A stretch of DNA of 51,608 nt, counting the filler, from Catajapyx aquilonaris (taxonomy: Eukaryota), in the NCBI GenBank assembly GCA_000934665.2. It is 2 parts of 2 records of this genome, joined end to end, with 100 filler letters (N's around TTAATTAATTAA, not from the genome) between each part and the next. Parts side by side here need not be neighbours in the genome. Positions count along the whole stretch, not along the records: positions 25,881 to 51,608 come from JYFJ02005311.1; 1 more part is not named here. One strand, given 5' to 3'. Both the position numbers and the translations under genes were made by a program. How positions within the stretch are numbered: the stretch's first letter is position 1; every line of letters starts with the position of its first letter. The notes beneath the pieces are model-generated. The model worked only from the letters and a program-made list of their open reading frames with translations, was not told where the DNA came from and did no database searches. Below are positions 38,795 to 50,159 of this stretch, piece after piece.

Positions 38795-39201
38795 CACCCC
38801 TGGATGAGAATAAGTATAGACGAAATGATGCTGGGAAGCAAGGCTCAATGCACGTTTAGAATGTACATGCCAGCGAAACCAACAAGTTGGGGTAAGTGCA
38901 ATTTATTTCCTTTATTAGAATGTGATCCAGGATACCATAATCAGAGTTGTCTCACAGCAAAATAATTTGTCCGGCTATCTTTACTGTGACTAACATATTA
39001 AAAATTGAAAATTTTCCCCACAATGTGTAAAACAATAGTCTTCAACCTTGAATTCTCCTACAACTTTCTGTCTTATTTCTTTACCTCCAGGGATCAAACT
39101 ATGCGTCCTCACTGACGCCAACACAGGATATCGCCTACGGTTCCAAATCTATACTGGAAAAGTGGATGGCGCACCCGAGCATGGCATTGCATACAGGGTG
39201 G
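38795..39201 (+). pseudogene. piggyBac transposase fragment spanning the first catalytic Asp, with retained intron 38892-39090
   Basis: ISIDEMMLGSKAQCTFRMYMPAKPTSWG|IKLCVLTDANTGYRLRFQIYTGKVDGAPEHGIAYRV. This is the canonical SIDE.M...KP.KWG.K......GY....Y.GK motif, with G|GTAAGT...TTACCTCCAG splitting the Gly codon. Confidence 0.92.
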
Positions 39202-39349
39202 CGGCCCCGGCCGGTATGTAGAAGGTCCAATAGGGGTCGATTCCAGAAGGGTTGGCGGGATCAAGCCAACGGCCGCCGGAGATGGAGTAGAAATGGGCGG
39301 GGGTGGAGTGGTGCCAGAAATGGAAGGAATCCAGGAAGGACAAAGTCAA

Positions 39350-39460
39350 TCGGATTGTAGGTTGTGCCAAAGCTTGTTAGGCACTCCCAAGGAATTGCAG
39401 GTTCACATGTTAGTTCACACAAGCACTGCCGGAAGAGCACTCGGGGTGTGGAACACACAA
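39350..39460 (+). pseudogene. Single C2H2 zinc finger abutting a ~40-bp DUF6729-element micro-fragment
   Basis: DCRLCQSLLGTPKELQVHMLVHT, then GCACTGCCGGAAGAGCACTCGGGGTGTGG (HCRKSTRGV), which matches 34512-34540. Confidence 0.6.
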
Positions 39461-39644
39461 GCAAAGACAAGCCGGTGGAAGTGCCCCAGAAAGGGCAAGT
39501 GTAACCACGGAAAGCAAAGGCGGCCATCTCCATTTTTCATTTATTTTAAAGGCTGCAGTGTAATGCGTAGTCAGGGTAGTCCACTACCCCGTGACACTGT
39601 TTCTGTGCAGCAAACTTTGCCATACGCCCTGTACAGCAGTGTCG

Positions 39645-39895
39645 AAATGTGTCCAGAGTCCTGGCGCTCTGCACTTTCAGATCTCTCGTTGCAAGAGAAT
39701 CCTGTTCAAGCGCAAAGGTGCGTCTGTTGTAGTGAGCGGAGAACACAATTTCATGACAGACATGGGTGTCTTCAAACCCATCCTGAAGAGTGGTAAAAGC
39801 TTTGCTGATTTGGTTCCTGAAAGCGCACCAGTGGGAGTGCCTGTACACGAAACAAAATTACATGATGTCGCTAAACTCTTAAATAAAAAATACTC
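39645..39895 (+). pseudogene. C-terminal fragment of an unclassified arthropod DNA transposase (possibly Sola-like)
   Basis: PGALHFQISRCKRILFKR....VVSGEHNFMTDMGVFKPILKSGKSF.DLVP...PVGVPVHETKLHDVAKLLNKKY resembles transposase C-termini I recall. The family assignment is uncertain. Confidence 0.4.
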
Positions 39896-39974
39896 CCAAT
39901 TGTTCACATACTTGCAAATAATTGTAAGTAGTTAAAACTCCTGTGACGTAATTTTCCGGCAATCGCCAAAGCCC

Positions 39975-40118
39975 ACCTGGACTTCAGAAGAAGTGTCGCT
40001 ACTTGTCATGGCGAGGAAGGCAAACAATGACTGGGTGGAAATTGCCACATGCATAAATGCTGTGTGTGGCAACGCCAGGACTGTTCATGCCTTCAAGTGC
40101 AAATGAGGCAAATTACAG
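39975..40118 (+). pseudogene. Myb/SANT-like DNA-binding domain fragment (Harbinger accessory protein-like)
   Basis: WTSEEVSLLVMARKANNDWVEIATCINAVCGNARTVHAFKCK*GKLQ shows WT.EE..LL...W..IA......RT.....KW spacing. Ends at CAG|GTATAA. Confidence 0.65.
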
Positions 40119-41344
40119 GTATAATCCATCCCAGAGCCTGAACTATACCACAAGGTGACTAATCAGTGAAGAATAGATCCTTGGGCTACACAAGAAGGGA
40201 GGAAGAGAGTTATTATATCACCGAGTGACTGTTGCTCCCTTGTGTGAGGTAGTTGTTCTGTCACTTCATCTACACTGAACTCATACACTTCCTGAAGGAG
40301 CGATGTTGCGTGTGCAATAAAAAACCCTTAAAATAACTGACATTTCGCGCCAGGAATTCCATGTGCCATAAGAGATTGTTCATATTCAGTCGTAGGAGCT
40401 ACAAGCACCATGGGAGAGAGGACCAGATAATGGCGACCAGGGAGGTACAAGAAACTAATGGTGCGGCAGAGTCTTTGCTGGACTACACCTAGTCGTTGCC
40501 GAAATTATCCGGCAACACAGAAGAAGGCGAGTTAATCGATGTTGACGACATTGACTTCTCAGCATTTTCAAAGAGACACACATGAACCCACGTAATTGCA
40601 CAATGTTACTTGCATAATAATCGATCTATGAATTCCACATGAACGGACAATCCCACGAATGCGAACGAATTTATGTGAAATTGAATTGTCTTGATGAACA
40701 GCGCAAAACAAAACTGTGCAATTCACCGGTTACCATCAACACGAATGAAGTGTAAATCTATTGTGAATCTTGTAGGCCTTCATTTCAGGTCTTGGTTGTT
40801 ATATTGTACAGCAAAATTCATATACACGTCGCATTTTTCTCTTATCTGTACTTTTGCCGTCCTTCGTCATTATTGCTTAACCACACTCAATTCATTACTG
40901 AGATTGAGGAAGACATGACACATCTATTTGCTATGGTAGAATAAACATTTGGAAAGTATAGACTTGGTGTTCTGCTTGGGATATGTTCCCCTTTTGGAGA
41001 GGCAGTTGGGAGTTGTAAACCATCTTGAGAAATTCTGGTCCGGAATTACCTGCCGATACCGCGTGAGAAGGAGCACGACGGAGCCTGGGGATTCCTTTTA
41101 CGTGTTCCTCCGGTTCGAGGAGGACTGCCTGCGAGCCATAGTGAAGTACAGGACTCGAAGGGCTGGTTATATTGTAAAAACTCCCATGTGTCTCCACTGA
41201 CAAAAATACTTCAATCAAAAGATACATGTCACTAAAAACCTCAGAAAAATGAAAATTACGTGCACCCTCTGGAATTAGACATTACTCAATCATCAAAACG
41301 AGCACTACTTTGGAATATTCCTGAAGGAAACAGTGGCGACATTT

Positions 41345-41442
41345 TCTGCTGTAATTGTGGAGAAATAATTCGAGTAATAACTACATCTGGAAGGTGGACT
41401 TGGACAAACTTCCACCAACATTTGAAACGAGTCCACACATGA
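41345..41442 (+). pseudogene. BED-like zinc-finger fragment
   Basis: FCCNCGEIIRVITTSGRWTWTNFHQHLKRVH (C..C-x-NF..HL...H). Confidence 0.45.
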
Positions 41443-44038
41443 AAGGACGTGAAGAAATCCAACTATGAACAAGCAACTTCCCTTCTTAAAAGCATCTGCC
41501 TCCTTTGAACTACCTTTGTCAACACTACAGGGGAGGAGAAAGATAAAGGAAGGGCCAGTTGCAATAAGGACACCAATTGGTCTCGGTTAAGGCCAGTACT
41601 GGAAGACCTGTGGCACCTGAACCATATTCAGATGGTCTGACTGACTAAACGTTCTCATTCAAACTTGACAACTAAATGGCTACTCTCCTGTGAACCCAAC
41701 TAAAATGAGAAAACTTGTCCATCATGAGATTTACATCAAACATGTCTACAAACCACTGGTCTAAGGAAAGCAGTTGACATCTGGAACAGCCAACTTCCCA
41801 ACAGACAACAACGCACACCTTACTATTTTGCACAACGACATTTTTTTCCCCCCTCATTAAAATTCGTGTGAATACTTATTCATTTAGGTTACCCGAGGCT
41901 GTAATTGTTAGGTTTCCTGCTAATTGCTGGTGTCATGTGAATTATAGCAACAACCCTTGGCATGACTGGGCCAATGAACATGAATATGTGGAGATGCAAA
42001 ATTTGGAGATTTGTACACAATTTTTTGTTACTACTGCATATCTATGTTCACATCGGTTTCCTAAGTTGTTAGATGGTCATATACCTTATCCTTACACTAC
42101 ACAAATAAGTTGATTTATGGAATAGAACTCTTGCAAGCAGAAATGGAATTACCTGCTACAAGTAATACCATTTGTTGGTGTGTGTGTGTGTGTGTGTATG
42201 GGTGTCGAGTTGCCACTTCCTGTGAGGAGGGTAAGGACCTCACTGTTGTAGTAGTCAGCCGACATATGGCTGGGGTTGTCAGGTAGAGTGAGTAATAATG
42301 AAAAGGGAATCCACTCTGGAGACTTTCTGACAAATATTTTTCACAGTATGACATGTGGCAACCCCGTGCTTGCCCCCACGCCGGCACGGGCTGGGGGAAG
42401 GAGCAATAAAGACATTCTGAGCTGAGACATGGTGTTCACTTGTGGGCTGGGGGGGGGGACCCCCCCTTGTATTGCAGGTTGCAGGTAAGCGAGAGGTCAG
42501 GGAGCTGGTAGCTCGACGTTGGAGACAACGTGCACATCATTGGGATGTGACAATTCAGACCTGTGGAAATTCCGACATTGTATTTCTAGCCACATGACCT
42601 TTTGATAGTATTGATCACGCAATTTGTCAACGTATGGAGCAAGGGTATCTATGGGTATGCCCTTACTGCCGTAAATACGAGCTGCCCTCCTTTCCTCTCA
42701 AGCCCCACAAAAAGGAACAAATATGCACAACATGTTGGAACGTGTCACAAGATGGGCCACTGACAGAGGACCCTGTACAAGCCGGCAGAAGCTTTCGTTA
42801 AATGCTCAAATAGTTTTGACACTCTCACCTGATGGAACGAGTTCTTGGTAAAAGTGGAAGGTTGGTGGAAACGTCCACGCAACATTGTAGGTTATGATTA
42901 GTGGCACATTTCCTGTCTGTTGCAACTGTGCCACGAAAGCGAGTACAGCCACATAAAAATAACCAGATTAGTCATAGGGTTGTCCAATCCAAGGTCTGAG
43001 TCAGCCTTGTGTTAACAATCCTTACGCCTTGCAATAAGCAATTACTGGAATAACTTGCATTTTCTAATTAACATTTTTACATTGCCCGATATCTTCATGT
43101 GCAGATAAGATGCAGCATCGTTCTTCTTCGCCATTTCTCTTTAAAAATGCTCAAGTTTCATATACTGTGTGAACATTCACTGCACCAACAGAAAAGGAGC
43201 AGTGCGAGGAATGCTAATTTCCCCCAACAAAAAATTGTTTCCTCAGAAATTCGCTGACGATGCTGGACAGACTGAATGGGCAGTGGATCTGGGTGGACCA
43301 AAGAAAGTGCACCAGAGGCAGATTCTGAAACACACATTCAACTCGGACATAATGGAGGGAGAAGAGGGTAACAAGATGATTTGACATGGATTAATAGTGA
43401 GCATTCTGGTCACGTCATTGCCATTTCCCTTTTCCAATATCCCTTGACCTCAATTCCCGACACCTAGAGCACATTTTTTTTCTTCTTTTAAACAATCATT
43501 TGCCCAACATAGACAAGTTTTCAGTGTATAAATTTGCTGTGAAACACATGGCATTCAAGTCAATAATGTACTACTGCAGCAGGATTGTAATGCCTAGCTT
43601 AGATTTTCATATAAAAAATGAAAAAAATAAAACCGCTTTGTACTATTTTCAGGTCACAATTACCCCTCCTCACCCTAATCCCCACACACATGTATGGGCA
43701 GAAGGGAACCATTCTGCCTACTGGACTTGGGAGTGCGGGAACGATGTTGTCTGAGGCATCTCGTCTTGAATGAGGAGAAGGCATGGATGAGGCCCCTGGG
43801 TCTTCTTCCCAACTGCCACCCTCACGTTGTCCCCGCCAGCATCCCGCAAGGGATCTCTTGATGGTTGGGGGATTGAAGCCCTTCCCACCCCATTTGTCCC
43901 AAAGGCCTCCATCTCCACGTTGCCTCCTCCAAGTCCTTCCTCAGACGTCTGGAACCTTTGTAAAGATTGAAGTCCAAACCCATTGGTTCTATGAAATGTT
44001 ACCAGCTCCCAGGATGTCTTCTTTGTTGTTGAGTTAAC

Positions 44039-44406
44039 TTAGCAAGCACTGAGGCTAACAGAGGAGTAGACTGGAATTGCATTGTAACGTGGTACACAAA
44101 TGTTGTTGAATGTGGGCAGTATTTTGCCGGAAAACTGCTGCAATGGCACTGAAGCAAGGCTGGTTGGCTGCACCAATGGGTAGGTGCATTCATGTGGAAC
44201 TCCAGAAGGCGGCTTGGATGAAGATCGTTGCCACTCAAAGTTTACACATGAAGATGACCATTCCAGAACCACCTTGCAGTATCTGGTTTTGTTACATTTA
44301 TGTAATGAGCTTCGAGTGTGTTCACCCAAACCCAGGTTATCAGTTGCTCTCTTGCTGGCATACTGGTAGCATCCATTGGGGCTTTGGCAGCACATATCTG
44401 CACAAC
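44039..44406 (-). other. Candidate minus-strand exon of an unidentified, possibly non-coding, transcript; 3' extent unknown
   Basis: Strong acceptor on the minus strand: GCTAAT branch, TTTGTCCTTTTTGTCTTTGACAG|G. One frame is open for ~122 codons, with no recognisable homology. Confidence 0.4.
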
Positions 44407-45135
44407 CTGTCAAAGACAAAAAGGACAAAATTAGCATTCATTTGTCAGTCAGGCAATTGCCCAATAAATACTCTTTTTTTACAAATATTCTAAATACAAT
44501 GCAAGTGGCACTCTCCCTCATCATGTACGATGGTAATAATGATTGGTTAAGATAGCAAAAGTCTATGTGCAACATTATATTGCCTGTCCATACTATGGGA
44601 AAAGGGCAGCATGAAATGAGCATAAATTTTTTTGGCGTAATTTCCTCACACTTGATGACTATTGCCCTTGAGCCTTCAAATTAAAGAGGGCTACAACATC
44701 AGATTAGTACATAGATTCATCATCATGGTCCATCTCACAAGTCAAGTGCTTTTTCATGAGCGCTGTAATAGTGCCTTGTAATGGGTGATGAGAAATTATT
44801 GTTGGATGGCTCGAGCTATTTGTTGGCATTAATGCTGGTTGTTTTTAAGCAATTACATTTGCAGGGGTCGAACTATTTGGACGCAAAGGTACAATTTGCA
44901 CTTCAGTTGACCTGCTTTTTAACATGGCTGAACCCAGTAATTAAAAATTCAGCACTCCAAATGAAAGTCTGGAGTGCAAACTTTGCATCTGGACAAAAAA
45001 TTAAAGATTTCACCCCTGCTTTTGCATAACTTTTTTACAATGATTATCAAAAGTATTAGCTACTGGTCCCTTGCGTTGCATGTGCCCATTCTACGACATA
45101 ATAGGAAATAATTTCCTGTCTCAAGACCCATTGTG

Positions 45136-45330
45136 TCCCGGGTGAGGATGCGGTGAACATATTTTAGTAGGTTGGGGGAGATGAAGTGCGCCCACAGATA
45201 TTAAGGTCCCGGGTTCAATCCCCACCCGGGGTTCCCACCTTTATCCGTGCAGAGTTGGGCCATCTCTGGCTTCATTTTGGGTGGCAATTTCCGATAGACT
45301 AAGCCACCCGGGGAGTTCACAAAATGACCG
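45136..45330 (+). mobile_element. tRNA-derived SINE-like relic
   Basis: B-box GGTTCAATCCC (45212-45222) within AAGGTCCCGGGTTCAATCCCCACCCGGG. The 5' CCCGGGTG is complementary to the 3' CACCCGGG. Boundaries are approximate. Confidence 0.5.
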
Positions 45331-46080
45331 TTAGACATTGCACATGCACTTAGAACATCCCCTCCTACCTACCCTTGGAACAAACTAAATACCATCTTAG
45401 TATACCGGTTCCACCCAGATGGTGGTATTCCACCCCCCTAAAGGATATGTAACTCCCAATGGGGCAAAAAAGAAAAAAAAAGAAAATAGTAGTAGGTTGG
45501 CCTATCCTAGAATGGTTTAAAAAATATATACATGTGCATTTTATCAAATAATATCCCTAGATACAAGGTGCAGCCAGAAACTATGTTCCGCTTACTTATT
45601 GGAAAAAATACAAAGCACCCCCAGAATTACTATTATGCACATCTGAAAGGTTCAACTGTCCATTTTTTTTCAGCATAGTCTCCAACCAAATCAGGCATTT
45701 GTGATCGAGTTGTAAAACATTTTGAATGCACACATCATAGGAGTTACTTTGCCACCAGCCATTCCCCCCGTTGGACTGCAAACTCCTCGTCATCATCAAA
45801 CATCTACTTTGCATGCCATTTCTTCATGCCCATGGACAGGCGGTAATCACTAGGCTCTAAATCCCGGCTCTGAGGAGGGTGATCAAACCATTCACTTGCA
45901 TTGTTTCGGCAGGGTTGCAGTATGTATGCGGGTATTGTCGCGCAAGAAAAACACTTCGGAATTCAACATGTCGGAATTTGTACGACCCGAAGGTTTATTG
46001 TGAGACATTACAGATTTTGCGAAGTGTTCAGTTCCGCTGTGTTTTTCTTGCGCGACAATGCCTGCCCACATACTGCCTTA

Positions 46081-46332
46081 AGGCCGCTACACAAATTCGG
46101 CGGAAGGCTGAGCGGGCGGCAAGAGTGCGTTTGGGGGCGTGGTTTGGGGCGCGGAACTGAGCGGTGGCAATCGCACGAGTCCATCCGGATGGACTTGAGT
46201 GATTCCCACCGCACACCAGTTTCCGCCCGCAGCCCCAACGCTGAAATTTGTGAATTGCCACCACTCACGTTCCGTGCCCCAATCGCACATTTTCCGCCCG
46301 CTCAGCCTTCCGCCGAATTTGTGTAGAGGCCT
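46081..46332. mobile_element. PIF/Harbinger (Tourist-like) MITE, 252 bp, TTA TSD
   Basis: TIR AGGCC(G/T)CTACACAAATTCGGCGGAAGGCTGAGCGGGCGG at both ends. TTA at 46078-46080 and 46333-46335. Confidence 0.92.
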
Positions 46333-47019
46333 TTACAATCAAGGGTACTAAATAAATGCTTCCTGACAAGCAGCCTAACGGAAGAAAAAAAAAATTATAA
46401 CCCAAACAATGACTTAAAATGACCCTCTTCTCCAATTGCGCCTTGCAATTTTCAAGTTTTCACAAATTTGGAGGCAAGCTCCTTGTATAAAGTAATATGT
46501 AATTACGTAACTGAATTCTAGTAGCATAAAAAATATTAGTGCCACATTTAAAAGAGTACCATCCAGGCATTAATCATTGCAGACATATCCAGCCTGACAT
46601 AAGAATTTACACCTCTAATTTTAAATCCAAGCCTTAAACTTTCAATCATGTAGATATGCAAACTCCCTTGAGTTGACATTGAAATTTTCAGCAGTCAGGA
46701 ATATTTCCATGTCTCGAAAGGAAAAACATATGGTAGCATTTTATATGCAGAGCACTTTGGAGTCGCACTGCATGTTGAATGGTAATAACTCGGCTTTACT
46801 GTGCCGATAAAAATGGAGACCTAAAAGTAGCTGCATTTCCTGGCTTTACTTTTCTGGAAATTTTATGAAGGCTCAAATACAGTATTTCAAATGCAGTATT
46901 TACTTTGCCTCCTGTTGCTTGTACCAAAAAATTACTCAAAAAAGGTGAAACCAAATGAGAAACCTAATCTACACTGCAGTTGTGCATAATTCCTGCTCAT
47001 CAAGTATTTGGTCAATGTA

Positions 47020-47186
47020 CAATTCTGGACATTAATGGTGTGCTACTGGCTGCGCCATGAGCCGCTGGCACCAAAAGAGCAAACAGAAGCCATGAATTGG
47101 TTGCTAACTCATCATTCAAGTCCCTCTTTTGCTGGCATCAGCTTCTGACACCACCAGTACTACTACACTATTAATGTCCAGCGCTG
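47020..47186. mobile_element. Degenerate TA-flanked Tc1/mariner-type MITE
   Basis: TA|CAATTCTGGACATTAATGGTGT...ACACTATTAATGTCCAGCGCTG|TA. The interior is related in reverse complement to 49800-49870. Confidence 0.7.
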
Positions 47187-48096
47187 TACATGATCTTCAG
47201 TATTCATCCCAGTACCCATCCTGTGTTAGTCAGGAAAGTGACCCTTGTTTCTCCCATTACCAGTGATTCATTAAGCCACTCAGGAAACCATTACAAAATA
47301 CGTATGAAAGTTTCTCAATTACATCCAATCTCCTATCTTGCTGTCACTTCGGCAAAAAGTTTCTTTACCTATGACTACGGAATTTTGATTTAATTGGAAC
47401 TGTGCACTACACAAGATGACCCTACCATCTTCCGCAAATCACACACATCAAATAAAATAGGCCAGATTTTCTTTCAGTCACACTTATTACAAAATGGTGC
47501 CTGTTGAAAACAATTCCTGGTAATTTTTAAACCACTTTCCTGCATACATTTCCAACTAAAAGATTTCTTTGCAAATGTGACACCAGGTTGGCATGCACAT
47601 GAGAAGTTACGAGTGACCCATACTAATTGGGTACACCCTGACCAGGTTCGGGCTTACAGTGGCCAGTGTGAGGAAGCACTTATAAAGTTCGCCTGTCTCT
47701 ACTACACCCACAATGACAACTCTGGATAACCCCCCGCGTTAATCCGGGCGGCGCGTAATGTGCTGGCCCAGACAGCAGACATACTGGCCAGTTCGGTATA
47801 AGTTGGCCGGCACAACCAGTGCTGGTCCACTTATGACCAAACCCATTCTCGGACAGATGACTTAGGCAGCGCACAGTGTGCTGGCCCGTTCATCAGCCAA
47901 GATCGGCTGGTAACCAAGGGAGTCGTTGCCAGCTGTTGGTCAGAGCAGAGCTCTTGCCTTGACCAAGGCCAAACAACTACTGACTGGGCTAGCCAGGCGG
48001 TCCACCTTTGAGAGTCGCGGGCTATGTTTATTAGAGGAAGGGCCAAGAGGTAAACAGGGTACATGGTTCCATCGGTTACATTATTTAAGTAGGGGC

Positions 48097-48472
48097 CAGC
48101 CTCCCCATCACTCGCCCTCTTTTCGCATGAGCTTACCTGATCTCCCCCACCGAGGGGGGTTGGTCATGTTCAGTGCAAAAGTCAAGTGGCAATACAGGTG
48201 ACACCTTACCTAGCGGGGCAATTCCGAACCATTAGGGTTGACTCCGATTGGCTGGCCTCCTTGGGCCACAACATGGCTCGCCACAAGAGGCCTTTCAGAC
48301 TCCAGCCAATCGGAGTGGACCATAATGGTGCAGAATTGCCCGGCTAGGTAATGCGCCACCTGCACTGGCACTTGACTTTAGCGCCAAACGTGGCCAACCC
48401 CCCCTCGGTGGGGGAGAACAGCTAAGCTCACGGGGGTAGCAATGTATTGGCATAGGGAGTGACTGGGGACTG
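48097..48472. mobile_element. hAT-type foldback MITE with 8-bp TSD (GTAGGGGC)
   Basis: CAG...CTG termini. GTAGGGGC at 48089-48096 and 48473-48480. Long imperfect inverted arms (e.g. TCTCCCCCACCGAGGGGGGTTGG / CCAACCCCCCTCGGTGGGGGAGA; ACTCCGATTGGCTGG / CCAGCCAATCGGAGT). Confidence 0.88.
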
Positions 48473-48603
48473 GTAGGGGCCAACAGGTAAGCGAAATTTA
48501 AACAAAACCGGGTACAAGGTGGCCAACATAATAATGGTTCCATTGTTGCCACAGAGAAATACAAAAGCTGAAACAGAAATGCAAAGGTTAAACCAATTCT
48601 CAC

Positions 48604-48760
48604 CTGCACAAAATGAAGTGAATGTCCATCGTAGTAGGTAGCCCAACATGCAGCAGCTGCCTCATGAGAGTGGTCCTTCCCAGCATAATGTTGGTTCACG
48701 ACAGCAGCAGGCTGCAGTAGATTTCTTGCCCCAAGCTGGCCACAGCGATGAAGGCATGAC
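48604..48760 (-). other. Candidate 157-nt internal exon on the minus strand
   Basis: Minus strand TTGTTTTCAG|GTCATG...TTTGTGCAG|GTGAGA. One open frame (SCLHRCGQLGARNLLQ...HSLHFVQ) without recognisable homology. Confidence 0.45.
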
Positions 48761-49446
48761 CTGAAAACAATGTCATATTAGGTATTGCTGTAAGGCAATT
48801 AACGCTGCTAATCACAATAAACCTTTCTGGTAAATTTCAGGCTACAAGTTCATAAAAGTATCAATGCTCACATCTGGGGAACTTTCACCCCTGCTAATCA
48901 TTCGATTCTTACACTGTTCGATTACTGCAGTTCTCGCTATAATGTACTATATCGCTCAAAAAGATAGAGACGATTGGCATTTGATTCAAGTGCAAGTTGC
49001 ACTTCAGTCAAATGCAAAATCGTCTCTTATCTTTTTGGGCGATATAGTACATGCACCCTTGGATGTGGGAGCAGCCCTCTTCCCCACGAAGACGAGGCCA
49101 TGGTAACACAGACGGGAAAGTCCGACTTCAAGTCGAGTCGAGTGTTTCAAGTGGCTATGAGTTTAGACCTTTAATCACACATCCACTTTGTAATATTACT
49201 ACTAGACCTGCTGCATCAAAAGTAGTGGCCTAGCCTAATTCACAGTCAGCTTTGCGTGTGTTGTAGGACCGGAAAACTGCCGAAAACACGTCATGTAAAA
49301 GATAAGGAGCCTGATCAGCCTTGGACCTTGGTGAGTTGAAACCGCTAGGGGGCTCTGAACAGGAACGTGGCAAATTGGTTACATTTGCGACTTAACTGCA
49401 AACAAAATTGTTTGGCTTGCGATTAATTAGTGAAAGTGCTCAGGCA

Positions 49447-49918
49447 CAGTGCTTCCGTACAGGAACAGTGAAGTACTGGCGGCTCCAGCCCTGTCACTTC
49501 CCCCCCTAACCAAATGGATACAGTAGGTTAATTCCTGTGTCTCGGCCAGGATGAAATTTGGCGCTGGCGGAGCTACATTGTTTACTATACCGCCATCTTG
49601 TCAGGGTGCACTCAAGTGGTAAGTCTGGGAGAAGCAAAGACAGATTGAGGCAATCGGCAGACTCACCCGCTACCTACCTCATGATACCTTCACAAGATGG
49701 AGGTGTAGCAAACAATGGAGCACCACCAGCGCCAAGCGGAGACACATGAATTAGCCTACTGTATTAGAGGAGTGCCATGAGGCTGGGTGGCTCTGAAAAC
49801 TACAACAGCAAAAGAGAATTGAAGCGATGAATTAGCAACAAATCTGTCGCTTCAATTCGCTCTCTTCCTGCAGTGGCTTATGGTGCCACCAGTATTTCAC
49901 CATTCCTGTCCAGCACTG
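49447..49918. mobile_element. Degenerate CAGTG-terminal MITE (Tc1/mariner-type)
   Basis: Left CAGTGCT..ACAGGAACAGTGAAGTACTGGCGGC versus right reverse complement CAGTGCTGGACAGGAATGGTGAAATACTGGTGGC. TA follows at 49919-49920. Confidence 0.65.
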
Positions 49919-49920
49919 TA

Positions 49921-50159
49921 CACTGCTGAACATTAATTCAGTAGTGCTGCTAGCGACATTCACCTATGCGGCAGAACGCATGGAAGTGATAGAGTGCAAC
50001 CCTTACGAGTAAGAAGTGGTTACGACATAGCCTGGGGGCAATAGAGTCCAGTCAGTGACGTCACTCAGGGTCTACCTCTTCTTACTCGCACTGCTTTCAT
50101 TACGCTCCGATGTGCTCGCCTTCTGCCTCGGAAAATGTTGCTAGCAGTACGACTGAATT
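49921..50159. mobile_element. MITE with truncated right TIR
   Basis: Left CACTGCTGAACATTAATTCAGTAGTGCTGCTAGCGACATT pairs with AATGTTGCTAGCAGTACGACTGAATT (50134-50159). Confidence 0.7.

Noticed and set aside
25881..41442. CRISPR-like repeat-spacer organisation of the mosaic
   Set aside because: No constant repeat separates the fragments; the recurring sequences are segmental duplications and a TSD.
41685..41790. Possible hAT dimerisation-domain tail (TQLK*ENLS...KAVDIWN)
   Set aside because: Weak similarity across stops and frameshifts.
42221..42476. Possible solo LTR (TG...AATAAA...CA)
   Set aside because: No TSD, PBS/PPT or second copy found.
42634..42890. CPYC...CTTC zinc-finger-like and EFLVK(W)K chromodomain-like snippets on +
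   Set aside because: Too short, and a frameshift is needed; cannot be supported without a search. They would extend the + strand mosaic if real.
45136..45230. Functional tRNA gene
   Set aside because: B-box and acceptor-like stem are present, but there is no proper D or anticodon arm; treated as a SINE relic.
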